A stretch of DNA of 64,000 bases from a virus (taxonomy: Duplodnaviria; Caudoviricetes): IMG/VR virus record IMGVR_UViG_3300017763_003980; one strand, 5' to 3'. Positions within the stretch are counted from its first letter, which is position 1, and each line of letters starts with the position of its first letter. Shown in pieces: positions 54,764 through 64,000 of the stretch. Under the pieces are notes generated by a model. The model did no database searches. It was not told the origin of the DNA and was given only the letters and a program-made list of their open reading frames with translations. The translations under genes and the position numbers were made by a program.

Positions 54764-55558
54764 TTACCAATAGACCACATAAATCATACCGCCTGCACCC
54801 GGAGAACCACATCTACATTCGTTGCCGTGTGTCCAAGCTGTCTGACCACCACCTGCTGGATGATACGCTTGAAAATAGCAAGCCTGTCCGCAACAACTAC
54901 TATAGCTGCCGCATACTCCGCCGTGACAACTTTGACAACAAGTGCTTGTTCCTTGAGGTCTTAGTCCTGGTGTTCCGTATCCTGAACCCATATACTGAAA
55001 TCCATAATGATAGCAGAATTGATTACTTTGTTGTAAACCAGTTGTATTACTATATGTTTGTAGTCTTGTAATGCTGCCAGAATCATATTGGCATCCGCCA
55101 CAACATGTACAAGTTGAACAACAACTATAGCATCCTGATGCGGAAAAACAATGGTTTCTATCCATACAATATCCGCCTTCTATACAAACACACCATTGGC
55201 CACTTACACATGCATAAGAAGGACATCCTTGATATCCACAAATGTTACCGTTGCTTGTATTACTAGTTCCAGCGGAACAAAAACAAACCTGCTGTCCTGG
55301 AGTAACATTTACAAAGTATTTTGCATATCCTCCGCTATAGCCGCCTTTGCCTTGCATACAACAACATGATCTTCCTCCAGAACTACCGCCACTCCAAATT
55401 TCAAAAACCATTTTAGATCTAGTTGCTGGTACTGTCCATACGTATGCACAGCCGCCGTTCTGCTCTAACCACGTGTTGGTGTTTTCTAATAAAAATTCTG
55501 CAGGTGTAGTAGTGCTTCCTTCTTCGTACCCGTATAATAAATCTTTTAAATTAGCCAT
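54764..55558 (-). CDS. Cys/Gly-rich tail-tip-like protein (30 Cys in 264 aa)
   Basis: WTVP...EIWSGG...CCC...GAGGMIYVVY glycine-rich fibre-tip frame. Confidence 0.65.
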   Translation of the reverse strand: MANLKDLLYGYEEGSTTTPAEFLLENTNTWLEQNGGCAYVWTVPATRSKMVFEIWSGGSSGGRSCCCMQGKGGYSGGYAKYFVNVTPGQQVCFCSAGTSNTSNGNICGYQGCPSYACVSGQWCVCIEGGYCMDRNHCFSASGCYSCCSTCTCCGGCQYDSGSITRLQTYSNTTGLQQSNQFCYHYGFQYMGSGYGTPGLRPQGTSTCCQSCHGGVCGSYSSCCGQACYFQAYHPAGGGQTAWTHGNECRCGSPGAGGMIYVVYW

Positions 55559-55580
55559 TTATTGTGTCCTTTATTTTTCA

Positions 55581-56366
55581 TTATGATGTTTGCGTCCAAT
55601 GAATTACTACTAAGCCACCTGCGCCTGGATTTCCGTAATTTGGGTTCCAATCACCGTGATTTGTAGCAGTTGGTCCGCCTCCACCTGGAAAATGAGCATA
55701 TCCGCCACCGCAGCAACCATGGCACATTGAGGAACAAAAATCTTTACTTTGTCTAAAATTTCCGCCTGTCATTGGAGCACTAGGCATATAACCAAAAGCC
55801 GAGTTATGACAATTAGAGCCTCCTTTAGCAGCGCCGCCGAATCCACAAATTCCCATAGTGCCACAGTAACTACCACATTGTATACTTGAACAACCGTTGT
55901 AGTTACAATTATCGCCAAAGTAGCATCGAGATCCGCCACCGAGTCCGCCTTCTGCACATACTACATTTGCTGTTTCTGATTCTCCATATACATAACTTGG
56001 ACATCCTTTACAACCTATGCAGGTTCTATCTGTACATCCTGTGGTTCCTCCAGCACAAACCCTATATACACGGGTCTCTAATGATGTTCCTGGTGTAGGG
56101 TGTTGAACAATTTTTCTTGTGTACGATCCTGATCCGCCTGGCCATCCTTGAAAACAACAACAAGCGCCGGCACCACCGCCACCGCCGCCCCACATTTCAA
56201 CTGTAAACCATGTTACTCCAGTAGGAACAGTCCATGCACAACAACAACCTCCGTTGTTTCCGGAGTCAACGCTTGTGTGGTACACAACTAGGTTATGATG
56301 CGTAATTGTACCACCACCGCCTCCGCCGGCGTTAGCATATTGTAATAGTGTTGACAGTGCTGACAT
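55581..56366 (-). CDS. Cys/Gly-rich tail-tip-like protein (23 Cys in 261 aa)
   Basis: GGCCCAWTVP...EMWGGGGGG..CCC...GAGGLVVIHW. Confidence 0.65.
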   Translation of the reverse strand: MSALSTLLQYANAGGGGGGTITHHNLVVYHTSVDSGNNGGCCCAWTVPTGVTWFTVEMWGGGGGGAGACCCFQGWPGGSGSYTRKIVQHPTPGTSLETRVYRVCAGGTTGCTDRTCIGCKGCPSYVYGESETANVVCAEGGLGGGSRCYFGDNCNYNGCSSIQCGSYCGTMGICGFGGAAKGGSNCHNSAFGYMPSAPMTGGNFRQSKDFCSSMCHGCCGGGYAHFPGGGGPTATNHGDWNPNYGNPGAGGLVVIHWTQTS

Positions 56367-56375
56367 ATTCTACTC

Positions 56376-57053
56376 CTAAACCTTTGTATCTGGTGCTGAA
56401 GGCATTGGAACTTTCCACGGATCAACTTCATCCGATTCACCTTTTTTATATGTAGCCGGCAAGTCTCTTAGTGCTGCTCTATGAGCTACCCACGCTGCTT
56501 TTATTGATTCAGGCATATCAGGTGAAATTTTACTGTCTGAACTTTCTAGCATACTATTTCGGTTAGCTATTAGTGTATCCCATGTTTGTGGTGCAGGAAT
56601 ATATGGTGGAGTTTTCCACTCTTCTGCTGATAAATCATATTCTAAAGTAGTTACACCGTGATATGTTTCTAAAACCTCTGGCTTTGAGTTTGTTTCCCAA
56701 GTTCCGCCGCCTGGCACATCTTCTGTTACTTTAGACTGTCCTGGATAAGTAATTGTTGTGTCGCCTGGTCCTATTATTACTAGTATAAGCGGATCATCAG
56801 CAAAAGTTACTTCGACTCTAGTTGTGCCTGTTGGAACTGGTATATTTTCTCCATCGCTTACATCTTCGGTATCAGCACCAACTCTAGACATTTTTCCTTT
56901 ATTATCACCATCAGTATCAACAAACACCCAAGTTCTATGTGGGCCAGTATATTTTGCTGTTACTGTTTTGCCTTCACTGTCGTCTTGCGAAAAGATTTCA
57001 TTTGGTACTTTGTACGTAAAATCTTGTTCAGTAATTATTGTATTCTCTGGCAT
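56376..57053 (-). CDS. Tail fibre assembly chaperone-like protein
   Basis: RNSMLESSD...PDMP...WVAHRAALRDLP; TAAATA box and SD upstream. Confidence 0.65.
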   Translation of the reverse strand: MPENTIITEQDFTYKVPNEIFSQDDSEGKTVTAKYTGPHRTWVFVDTDGDNKGKMSRVGADTEDVSDGENIPVPTGTTRVEVTFADDPLILVIIGPGDTTITYPGQSKVTEDVPGGGTWETNSKPEVLETYHGVTTLEYDLSAEEWKTPPYIPAPQTWDTLIANRNSMLESSDSKISPDMPESIKAAWVAHRAALRDLPATYKKGESDEVDPWKVPMPSAPDTKV

Positions 57054-57077
57054 TTGTTTTTCCTCTTATTCGTTTAT

Positions 57078-57875
57078 TTAACTGCTGTATGCTACTATGA
57101 TTAAGCCGCCGGCTCCGAACTGTCCGTGATCGTGTGTTCCACCGCATGATACTGCTGAATATGAACTTCCTCCTGGAAATGCTGTTCTAATTCCGTCGCC
57201 GTTGTGTTTATTTCGTCCACTGCCTTGCCAAGTAGTGTCGCATAAATTATATGATCTCATACCACCTTGGCCCCATCCACCGTCTGAATAATACCAGTAG
57301 TCAGTGTGACAGTAAGTATTTCTCTTGCCCATTTGTCCTGTGCCGTTCCAGCCATAATCTTTAGCTGCTGCGCCTGGTTGCCAGCTTGCGCTGCTGCCGC
57401 CTTGTATTCTTCCCCAGCAACATGAATAGTTACTAAACGGACTTGAAAATCCAGGTTGGCTTGAACCTTGTTCTCCACCGCAGGCACAACCTACAGTAGT
57501 TCCCGTCCAATTTTCTTGTACATAGGTACTGCAGCCGCCACAGCCAACATTACTGTTATCATATGCACAACAAGATGTGCCGCCTGCACAAAATCTATAT
57601 TGACAACCAGGTGTAACATCAAGTCTTTTAAACGTAAACTGTCCTGAAGTACCTGAATGTGACTGAAATGCACAACAACATCCACTATTTCCACTTGAGC
57701 CTCCACCGTACATCCACATCTTCATTGATGTTGTTCCAGCCGGTACAGTCCAAAGACAGCAACACCCACCGTTGGACACACTGTTTAAACTTGTATGGTA
57801 AATTGCAAAATAGTTTGGTATACCTCCGCCGGCAGTTGGCGTAAGTGAGTTAAGTATAGTAGAAAGAGTTGCCAT
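57078..57875 (-). CDS. Cys/Gly-rich tail-tip-like protein (19 Cys in 265 aa)
   Basis: GGCCCLWTVP...MYGGG..GCCC...GAGGLIIVAY. Confidence 0.65.
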   Translation of the reverse strand: MATLSTILNSLTPTAGGGIPNYFAIYHTSLNSVSNGGCCCLWTVPAGTTSMKMWMYGGGSSGNSGCCCAFQSHSGTSGQFTFKRLDVTPGCQYRFCAGGTSCCAYDNSNVGCGGCSTYVQENWTGTTVGCACGGEQGSSQPGFSSPFSNYSCCWGRIQGGSSASWQPGAAAKDYGWNGTGQMGKRNTYCHTDYWYYSDGGWGQGGMRSYNLCDTTWQGSGRNKHNGDGIRTAFPGGSSYSAVSCGGTHDHGQFGAGGLIIVAYSS

Positions 57876-57886
57876 AGTTTATTCCT

Positions 57887-58207
57887 TTATGATCCCGCTA
57901 TAACCCAACCGTATGTAGAACCGGTATAGGTTAAAATTGGAGATGCGTTATTAATATCTATCACAAGATCTGAAGCTGCATTTTGTATCTCTTCCCCGTT
58001 ACGTCCTACTGTAATATTATTTGTGCCTGCAACACCAGTTACGTCTATGATTTGCACAGTGTCTTCTACAGTTGGTGTAGCTGGCAGGGTAATTGTAATA
58101 CTACCCGCTGTACAAATAATACGTTCATTAGCTTTAGCAGTGACACTACTACTTGTAACAACGTTAGTTGTTGAGTAATTCAATGTGCTTGTTAAATATC
58201 GTCCCAT
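57887..58207 (-). CDS. Stand-alone fibre module (gp34 N-terminal-repeat-like beta domain)
   Basis: ITITLPATP...IIDVTG...NNITVGRNG..I...DLVID...LTY...GW. Confidence 0.6.
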   Translation of the reverse strand: MGRYLTSTLNYSTTNVVTSSSVTAKANERIICTAGSITITLPATPTVEDTVQIIDVTGVAGTNNITVGRNGEEIQNAASDLVIDINNASPILTYTGSTYGWVIAGS

Positions 58208-58228
58208 TTTATTTGTCCTTTAATATAT

Positions 58229-58546
58229 TTATGCCGCTGTCTCAATTCCAAATGCAACAACACTTACGTTTGCTCCACTTGATCTTGCTACAATTAATTG
58301 TCCGGCTCCTAAAATAATACCAGTACGTTCTAACACGTTCCTTGGTAGCAATTCGACATCGTACTCTAAGTACTCGTCAAGTCCCGGCGTTGCTGTATCA
58401 CAAATAGCCAAACGAACCACTATGGCTGAGTTTCCTCTGTTGGTCATTGAAACACTAGCAACAGTATATGTACTTGCTGGGCAAGTATAGATAGTTGTAT
58501 CTGCACCTGCACTTAAATCAGCTGTTCCTATTCTTCCTGTGGCCAT
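58229..58546 (-). CDS. Small beta-sandwich virion protein (hypothetical)
   Basis: 105 aa, beta-rich, translationally packed between fibre genes. Confidence 0.6.
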   Translation of the reverse strand: MATGRIGTADLSAGADTTIYTCPASTYTVASVSMTNRGNSAIVVRLAICDTATPGLDEYLEYDVELLPRNVLERTGIILGAGQLIVARSSGANVSVVAFGIETAA

Positions 58547-58558
58547 TTGTTATTTCTC

Positions 58559-61500
58559 CTAAGCATTTAAAAACATATTCAGTGCGACCGGTGTACCACT
58601 TATGCCGCCTGTATAGTTTACGTTTGTTGTTATATTTATCTCTTGATTGGTTGTATGAGATATTGTCTGACCACTTATATTAACTTGGCCAGCTGTGAGT
58701 GAGTTTACATTTAGTTCACCTGCTCCGCCACCTATTTGACTTGATATGTAAGTCTTGATAGCTCGCTGTGTTGGTACAATACTGTCACTGTTGGCTGTAA
58801 ATGTGCCATCAGTTGAAAACTCAGTAATAGTAGCACTAGTACCACCTAATGATATCTCGCCTAATTGCAGTTCTTGCAAACCGCTTACGTTAAACGCATC
58901 AGCGTTTAATGTTGCTCTACCAGTTGACTGTTCAACACTGAATAATTCGCCAACTCTAAAGTTACCATCTTGGTCAGTTGAAGTATAAAATACTCTACCG
59001 CCTCCAAAGTCTTTTGTTTCGTCTGCTTGATCAGCAGCTGTACTTGGAGTTCCTGGGTAGTTAGTAGTAGTAACTCCTCCAGTACCTACATCTAAGAAGT
59101 CATGTCCTGTTAATCGTACCTGACTATATCTAGATCTAATTGTTACAGCTTCATTGTGTTCTGGAGCATCTGTAACACTTACTGTTGGACTTACTTGTAA
59201 TAGTGCAGAGTAATTACTTCCGCTACCTGAAACCTGTGTTACGCCCACTAGCTTGAGCCATGTGTTTGAGATGCCAGCAATTTCTACGTTTGCACCTTCT
59301 ACTGGTACTGATGTTAGTCCATCAACTTTAATAAACTGTCCTGGCTGATAAAAATCAGCATAACCGTTAGCTGATGCTACTGTTGCTGTAGCAGTATCAT
59401 ATCCTGTACCTCTATTACTAAATGTCGGTTGTCCAAGTACTCCGTCTCCTGTTCTAACTGTGTGAGGAGCTTCAACAGTGTTATTAGGATCAGTAATAGC
59501 CATTGTAGGTGTTGAGCTATATCCTGAACCAGGATGCCATATTCTTATTTGTGTAATTTTACCGTCTTCAACTTTAGCTCTTGCTTTTGCAATATCAGCA
59601 TATGCACTAACACCACCACCACTGAATACTAGTCTTGGTTCAATAACATATTCGGTTGTCGAATCAAGTGCAGAAGCAATACTTGCGCCATATACACTAT
59701 CCCATCCTGAAGAACCGTCACTGTTTTTAAGAACAGTAGCTATTTTAGTTCCTGAGTTATATGCATCAATATATGCATATTGACCCGCTCCAGTGCCACT
59801 TACAATCCAAATAGCCATACCTGCGTAAACTGCACTTCCGTTTGAGTCTGTATTACTAATTGTAATCTGAGTCGCTGTTCCTGCTTGTGCAGTATTAGTT
59901 GCTGTGATATATCCTGCTCCACCAATATTACTTGCTGGATCAGTAAGCCTTACTTCATATACAGCACCGTTGTACACATTTTCTGCACTTATTGCTGCAT
60001 CGTTATTACCGCCAACAATAGTAGTTGTTGTGTCGCCATCAGCATAGTTAACACCAGCATTTGTATATTCAAATAGTAAAATTTGATTTTTATCAGTTAA
60101 TACATTTTTAATATTAGCTTCTGTTGATTGGTTGGTAACTGTTCCTGTAATTGGTGTTTCTGTTGCATCAATGCCTTCTGCTACACAACCAAAGTCACCA
60201 TATGACGAGTTACCGTTTGTAGCTCTTATCTTACCACCATGTTCTGACAAATAACCTATGTGTGCAAAATAACTGAATACACTAACAAGTTCTGCTCTTC
60301 CTAAGTTAGTAACCCATGCTCCAATACCTTCGTCAATAATCTGTGTAAAATCATTTGCTACAATAGAGTCGTTACCGCCATCATGTATATCACCGTCAAT
60401 TTTTAAACCAATACATTTTGTACCAAATGTAGTAACATTTTGTATATAAGGAGATCTACTAGCTATCCATGCTTTTGTATCAGCTGGTCCATAGCCTGGA
60501 TCAAGACTTACAAAGGCGCCTGCTGTTGGTCGTTTGGTTCCATACGCATTAGCACCGCCTAGTGTACCTACTAGTCCGCTTACTGTACAGTTTCTTAATC
60601 CTGTTGCGTTACGCATAAAGAACATATTCTCAGTTGTACTACCGCTAACTGAATTAGCATATAGTAATGCAGCTGAAAGTGTTCTCCAATTACCTGTCCA
60701 AATTAAATCATATTTTATAGCATCTAAGTATCTATTTACATCTCTGGTACAGGCTGCAATAGTATACGTATAGCTTGGATATGTCACCGCAATATAAGCA
60801 TGTACTTCAGCTATTAAAAATGCTCTGTTTGCTTCAATACATTCTACTGCATATGTGTAACCTGTTGAATATTCAGCTGTTTCAGATCCTCTTGTGGTTG
60901 GAACTGTTGAATCACCTGATACTCCATTTACTCGGTAATCAATGTAATCTTCTAATTCTTGAAATAAAGCTTGAGCCGCTTGACCAGCTGCTGAACTACC
61001 AGCAGGTCTTGTTGTAACTTGTGACTCAGCATTACCTGTTGACTTTGTTATTGCACTATTAGCAACAATGTCGTCTATAATTGTTTTTAGTCTCTGTATA
61101 GCTGCAATACTTTTTGGAACATCTGTAGCTTGTGTTTGTACACCTGCAGGTATTATTTTTGTTGAACGTAATTCATCTCCAATCACCGCAGTATTTGCTG
61201 GAACAAGTATAGGTAATGTTTCTGCAAAGGTCCCACTCTTTACATATAAAGAGTTATTAGGAATAACTGCTGCTGTCATTGCAGATACATTGCCTGCTGT
61301 AACAGCTGCTTTAAGTATACCTGCTAAACTTGTAGCAGTTGATAGATCATCTGCAAGTTCTGCTTGTGCTGCTTCAGTTTGTTGTGTAGCTGTAGTATTG
61401 CCAGTAAGTGTTTGATAATTTTGTGCAGGTGCTACATTACTTAATACTGCATCAGCTACAACTAATACCCTATCAATCATTGCGTTAAATTCAGCAGTTT

Positions 61501-63331
61501 TTCCTGTGATGCTAGCATCTGCGTGAATTGCAGTTGTAAGTTTTCTAGTCTCTACATTACCTCCATGACTTAAATCATAAATTAATGCATCAACTAATCT
61601 GCCAACCAAAATAAGCCATGTTGCTTTAGTATACGTAAAGGATCCTGTATACGGACTTGTGTTATTTGCTATTCCATGATCCACAAATTCAACAGCATCA
61701 TGTTGTATAAAACTCTTGTTGATGTGTAATAATCTTTTTGCAGCTGGACGTTCTGCTCCGTCCCAAATTTGTTGTGTAGCGTATTGTATAGTTTTCCATG
61801 GACGGTCTAAAGTCAATCCATAATCACTTGCTGGACTATCAACACCTGTAGTATTTTGTACATAGTAAACATTATTAAGTGCGCCAAAGTATCCCCATTC
61901 TGGAGCATTTCCTGCTGTGTTTACTTTTAATACTTGTCCTTGTGTTCCAATTGGTAATCTTGTTGGACCTGAACCACCATAGTAAACTAAGTCGCCTTGT
62001 GTTGTTAAGTTTCCTGATTCTGCACCTGCAATTAAAACATTCCAGTACACACCGCCTGTATCATTGTCTGGGCGTTTAGGAGTATCTGATGTATGGGCTA
62101 ATATACAAACATAGCTGTTTGCACCATATTTTATAGAATCACCTTTGTCATAAAGTGTTGCTGATGACCAAGTATTTTTCCACTTGAATCCTTCGTTTAG
62201 TAGCTCCCAATATGTATTATTGGGCGGACGTTGCCCTGTATGATCTAATATACATAGATATGTAAAGCCACCTAATCTTACTACATCGCCAACTCTATAT
62301 TCTTCTGAAGAACTATCATCTCCCCAGTCTTGGGCATGTTTAAATCCTGTTGTAAATAAATCCCAGTCTGTAGTATTAGTTGACGGATGTCCTTGCCCTA
62401 CATTATTTGTTTTGGATACGTATGAATAACCACCATAAGTAACAAAGTCACCTGGTTGATAAGTTACTGTACCGCTCCATGTATCTTCAAATTCTAAACC
62501 TTCAACAAACTGTGACCATTTACCCTCGTCAGCAGCGAATGTTGCTTGGCTTGTATGATAAGTTGTGCAAATCCATGTTCCGCCACCATATTTAACAATA
62601 TCGTTAATTTTATAGCGTGTACTAGATGCCCAATCTACTTTATACTCTAAACCTTTGTTTAAATAATCCCATTTTGATTGGTCGTTTTCTAAACCAAGTG
62701 CATCTGACGCAGCTGATGTATGTCCTTCGTTTGCAACATATAGCTGTCCACCGTATCGAACAATATCATTGACTCTATATCTAATCCCAGTAGCCCAGTT
62801 ATTTTTCCAGAAAAATCCTTCGGAAAATATATTCCACTTAGCTTGGTCCGCTTCTAATCCTAGTGTGTCATTTCCTGCAGAAGTGTGCTGAGTAACACAG
62901 ACATACACTGTACCGTTATATTTTGCAATATCGTTTACTTTGTATCTAGTGCTTACAGTCCAATCAGCTTTGTAATCAAATCCTTCTGCAAACAAGTCCC
63001 AACTTGCTGCATTTGCTTCTAGACCATCTGTAAGATTTGCTGCAGAAGTATGTTCTGCGTTTGCAACATATAAATATCCGCCATACTTTACAATGTCATT
63101 AATTTTGTAAAGTGTACTAAAAGTCCAGTCACCTTTCCATTCAGTACCATCGGAAATTTTATTCCAGTATGTTGCTTGACTAGTTGAAAACAGAGCCGGT
63201 GCTGTGTGTCCTTTAATACAAATATATGTATTACCACCGTTTCTAACGATATCATCTTTGTAGTAGGTTGTTGAAAGGGTCCATGTTCCCTTCCATATAA
63301 ACCTAATTCTACCTAACTTAAATTCAGCCAT
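58559..63331 (-). CDS. Large virion structural/fibre protein (1590 aa) with N-terminal carbohydrate-binding-like repeats
   Basis: MAEFKLGRIRF start, eight W..Y..D.V.YGG..Y.C...H repeats, a CTRDV motif and a C-terminal GHDFLD...FYTSTDQDGNFRVG domain. Confidence 0.8.
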   Translation of the reverse strand: MAEFKLGRIRFIWKGTWTLSTTYYKDDIVRNGGNTYICIKGHTAPALFSTSQATYWNKISDGTEWKGDWTFSTLYKINDIVKYGGYLYVANAEHTSAANLTDGLEANAASWDLFAEGFDYKADWTVSTRYKVNDIAKYNGTVYVCVTQHTSAGNDTLGLEADQAKWNIFSEGFFWKNNWATGIRYRVNDIVRYGGQLYVANEGHTSAASDALGLENDQSKWDYLNKGLEYKVDWASSTRYKINDIVKYGGGTWICTTYHTSQATFAADEGKWSQFVEGLEFEDTWSGTVTYQPGDFVTYGGYSYVSKTNNVGQGHPSTNTTDWDLFTTGFKHAQDWGDDSSSEEYRVGDVVRLGGFTYLCILDHTGQRPPNNTYWELLNEGFKWKNTWSSATLYDKGDSIKYGANSYVCILAHTSDTPKRPDNDTGGVYWNVLIAGAESGNLTTQGDLVYYGGSGPTRLPIGTQGQVLKVNTAGNAPEWGYFGALNNVYYVQNTTGVDSPASDYGLTLDRPWKTIQYATQQIWDGAERPAAKRLLHINKSFIQHDAVEFVDHGIANNTSPYTGSFTYTKATWLILVGRLVDALIYDLSHGGNVETRKLTTAIHADASITGKTAEFNAMIDRVLVVADAVLSNVAPAQNYQTLTGNTTATQQTEAAQAELADDLSTATSLAGILKAAVTAGNVSAMTAAVIPNNSLYVKSGTFAETLPILVPANTAVIGDELRSTKIIPAGVQTQATDVPKSIAAIQRLKTIIDDIVANSAITKSTGNAESQVTTRPAGSSAAGQAAQALFQELEDYIDYRVNGVSGDSTVPTTRGSETAEYSTGYTYAVECIEANRAFLIAEVHAYIAVTYPSYTYTIAACTRDVNRYLDAIKYDLIWTGNWRTLSAALLYANSVSGSTTENMFFMRNATGLRNCTVSGLVGTLGGANAYGTKRPTAGAFVSLDPGYGPADTKAWIASRSPYIQNVTTFGTKCIGLKIDGDIHDGGNDSIVANDFTQIIDEGIGAWVTNLGRAELVSVFSYFAHIGYLSEHGGKIRATNGNSSYGDFGCVAEGIDATETPITGTVTNQSTEANIKNVLTDKNQILLFEYTNAGVNYADGDTTTTIVGGNNDAAISAENVYNGAVYEVRLTDPASNIGGAGYITATNTAQAGTATQITISNTDSNGSAVYAGMAIWIVSGTGAGQYAYIDAYNSGTKIATVLKNSDGSSGWDSVYGASIASALDSTTEYVIEPRLVFSGGGVSAYADIAKARAKVEDGKITQIRIWHPGSGYSSTPTMAITDPNNTVEAPHTVRTGDGVLGQPTFSNRGTGYDTATATVASANGYADFYQPGQFIKVDGLTSVPVEGANVEIAGISNTWLKLVGVTQVSGSGSNYSALLQVSPTVSVTDAPEHNEAVTIRSRYSQVRLTGHDFLDVGTGGVTTTNYPGTPSTAADQADETKDFGGGRVFYTSTDQDGNFRVGELFSVEQSTGRATLNADAFNVSGLQELQLGEISLGGTSATITEFSTDGTFTANSDSIVPTQRAIKTYISSQIGGGAGELNVNSLTAGQVNISGQTISHTTNQEINITTNVNYTGGISGTPVALNMFLNA
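62020..63300 (-). repeat. Eight tandem ~50-55 aa coding repeats, CBM5/12-like
   Basis: For example WTFSTLYKINDIVKYGGYLYVANAEHTS, WTVSTRYKVNDIAKYNGTVYVCVTQHTS and WATGIRYRVNDIVRYGGQLYVANEGHTS. Confidence 0.8.
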
Positions 63332-63361
63332 TTAACGCTCCATAATCCTTATATATATTTA

Positions 63362-64000
63362 TCAATACCCACCACCATCAAGTGAGTTACCACTATCTGT
63401 GCCATGTCCAAAATACTGTAGTGCTGCTAAATCACCTTTTGCAGCTTTTGTATGATGTGCTTGTGCAGTAAATGTAATTCCTAAAGTAGCATCTGTACTT
63501 GTAATTCTATTTGTATCAATTTGCACTGTTCCTGCAACCAATGCAGTAGCATTAGCACTACTAGTTCCGCCGGACACTCTTGATTCAAGATATCTGCCTA
63601 TTGCTTTTTGTGTAGGCACAATGTTATTAGCATTAGCAACAAATGTAGGTTCTTTAGAAAACTCATTAATTACAACCTGTGTTCCTCCTACTACAATTCC
63701 ACCTAATGTTAATTGTGAAAGTCCTGACAGATTAAATTGTGATGCATTTATTGTAATGATACCAGTGTCTTGTTCAACTTTAAATTGCTCACCAACTCTG
63801 AAGTTACCATCTTGATCAGTTGAAGTATAAAATACTCTACCTGCGTTAGCTTCTCTAACTTCATTTTCTTGTTTTGGATCGTTTGCTGCATCATAGCCTT
63901 CAACGTATCTATTAGGATAATCTGTGCTTGTTTGATTACCTGAACCTATGTCTAAGAAATCGTGTCCTGTTAACCTTACTTGACTATACTGTTGTCTTAT
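63362..64000 (-). CDS. 3' end (213 codons) of another large structural protein, paralogous to the C-terminus of 58559..63331
   Basis: Translated by hand, the frame is open from the edge: IRQQYSQVRLTGHDFLDIG...RVFYTSTDQDGNFRVGEQF...VPTQKAI. The 85-aa track ORF is only its tail. Confidence 0.9.
   Translation of the reverse strand: MRQQYSQVRLTGHDFLDIGSGNQTSTDYPNRYVEGYDAANDPKQENEVREANAGRVFYTSTDQDGNFRVGEQFKVEQDTGIITINASQFNLSGLSQLTLGGIVVGGTQVVINEFSKEPTFVANANNIVPTQKAIGRYLESRVSGGTSSANATALVAGTVQIDTNRITSTDATLGITFTAQAHHTKAAKGDLAALQYFGHGTDSGNSLDGGGY

Noticed and set aside
54764-57875. Diversity-generating retroelement acting on the Cys-rich paralogs
   Set aside because: No reverse transcriptase is in the window and no near-identical template/variable repeat pair differing at adenines was seen; the paralogs diverge throughout.
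62020-63300. Regularly spaced repeats as a CRISPR array
   Set aside because: The units are in-frame, degenerate protein repeats with no identical DNA repeat or unique spacers, and there are no cas genes.
63362-63619. 85-aa stand-alone ORF from the track
   Set aside because: The frame is open to the window edge; it is the C-terminus of a larger gene.
1-64000. Stop-codon reassignment, tRNAs or other structured RNA genes
   Set aside because: Core genes are full length in the standard code using all three stops. The intergenic gaps are short, and no cloverleaf or T-loop motif was noticed by eye; a tRNAscan/Infernal run would be decisive.

Overview
This is a 64 kb segment of a large, AT-rich, T4-related myovirus (Caudoviricetes) genome, not a bacterial chromosome. 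T4-type core genes are recognisable throughout. They include the recombination/replication set (uvsW, uvsY, uvsX, gp32, dNMP kinase, probably the start of a clamp-loader subunit), packaging and head completion (gp17, probable gp16, gp4), neck and tail (gp13, gp14, gp15, gp18, gp19, a gp48/54-like protein) and several very large fibre/baseplate proteins. Interleaved with them is an unusually complete envelope-glycan toolkit. It comprises CMP-Kdo synthesis (kdsA, kdsB), four paralogous KpsS/KpsC-like CMP-ulosonate transferases, four GT-A transferases, ADP-heptose synthesis (hldE, hldD, gmhB), a GT9 heptosyltransferase-like gene paired with a NodU-type carbamoyltransferase inside the tail locus, and methyl-, sulfo- and GSCFA-type tailoring enzymes. 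Both sugar pathways lack their SIS-fold isomerase in this window (KdsD, GmhA), and each has a small cupin nearby instead. The nucleotide-sugar genes lie behind perfect sigma70 promoters, whereas the transferases lie behind T4-late-like TAAATA-type boxes, which suggests late or virion glycosylation. Other notable items are a degenerate Hint-fold-like gene after uvsW, probable protease-processed head-internal polyproteins carrying membrane-active segments, three Cys-rich tail-tip paralogs with two chaperones, and many apparently leaderless genes. No tRNA, CRISPR array, integrase or reverse transcriptase was seen. All functional calls come from motif recognition only; no database search was run.
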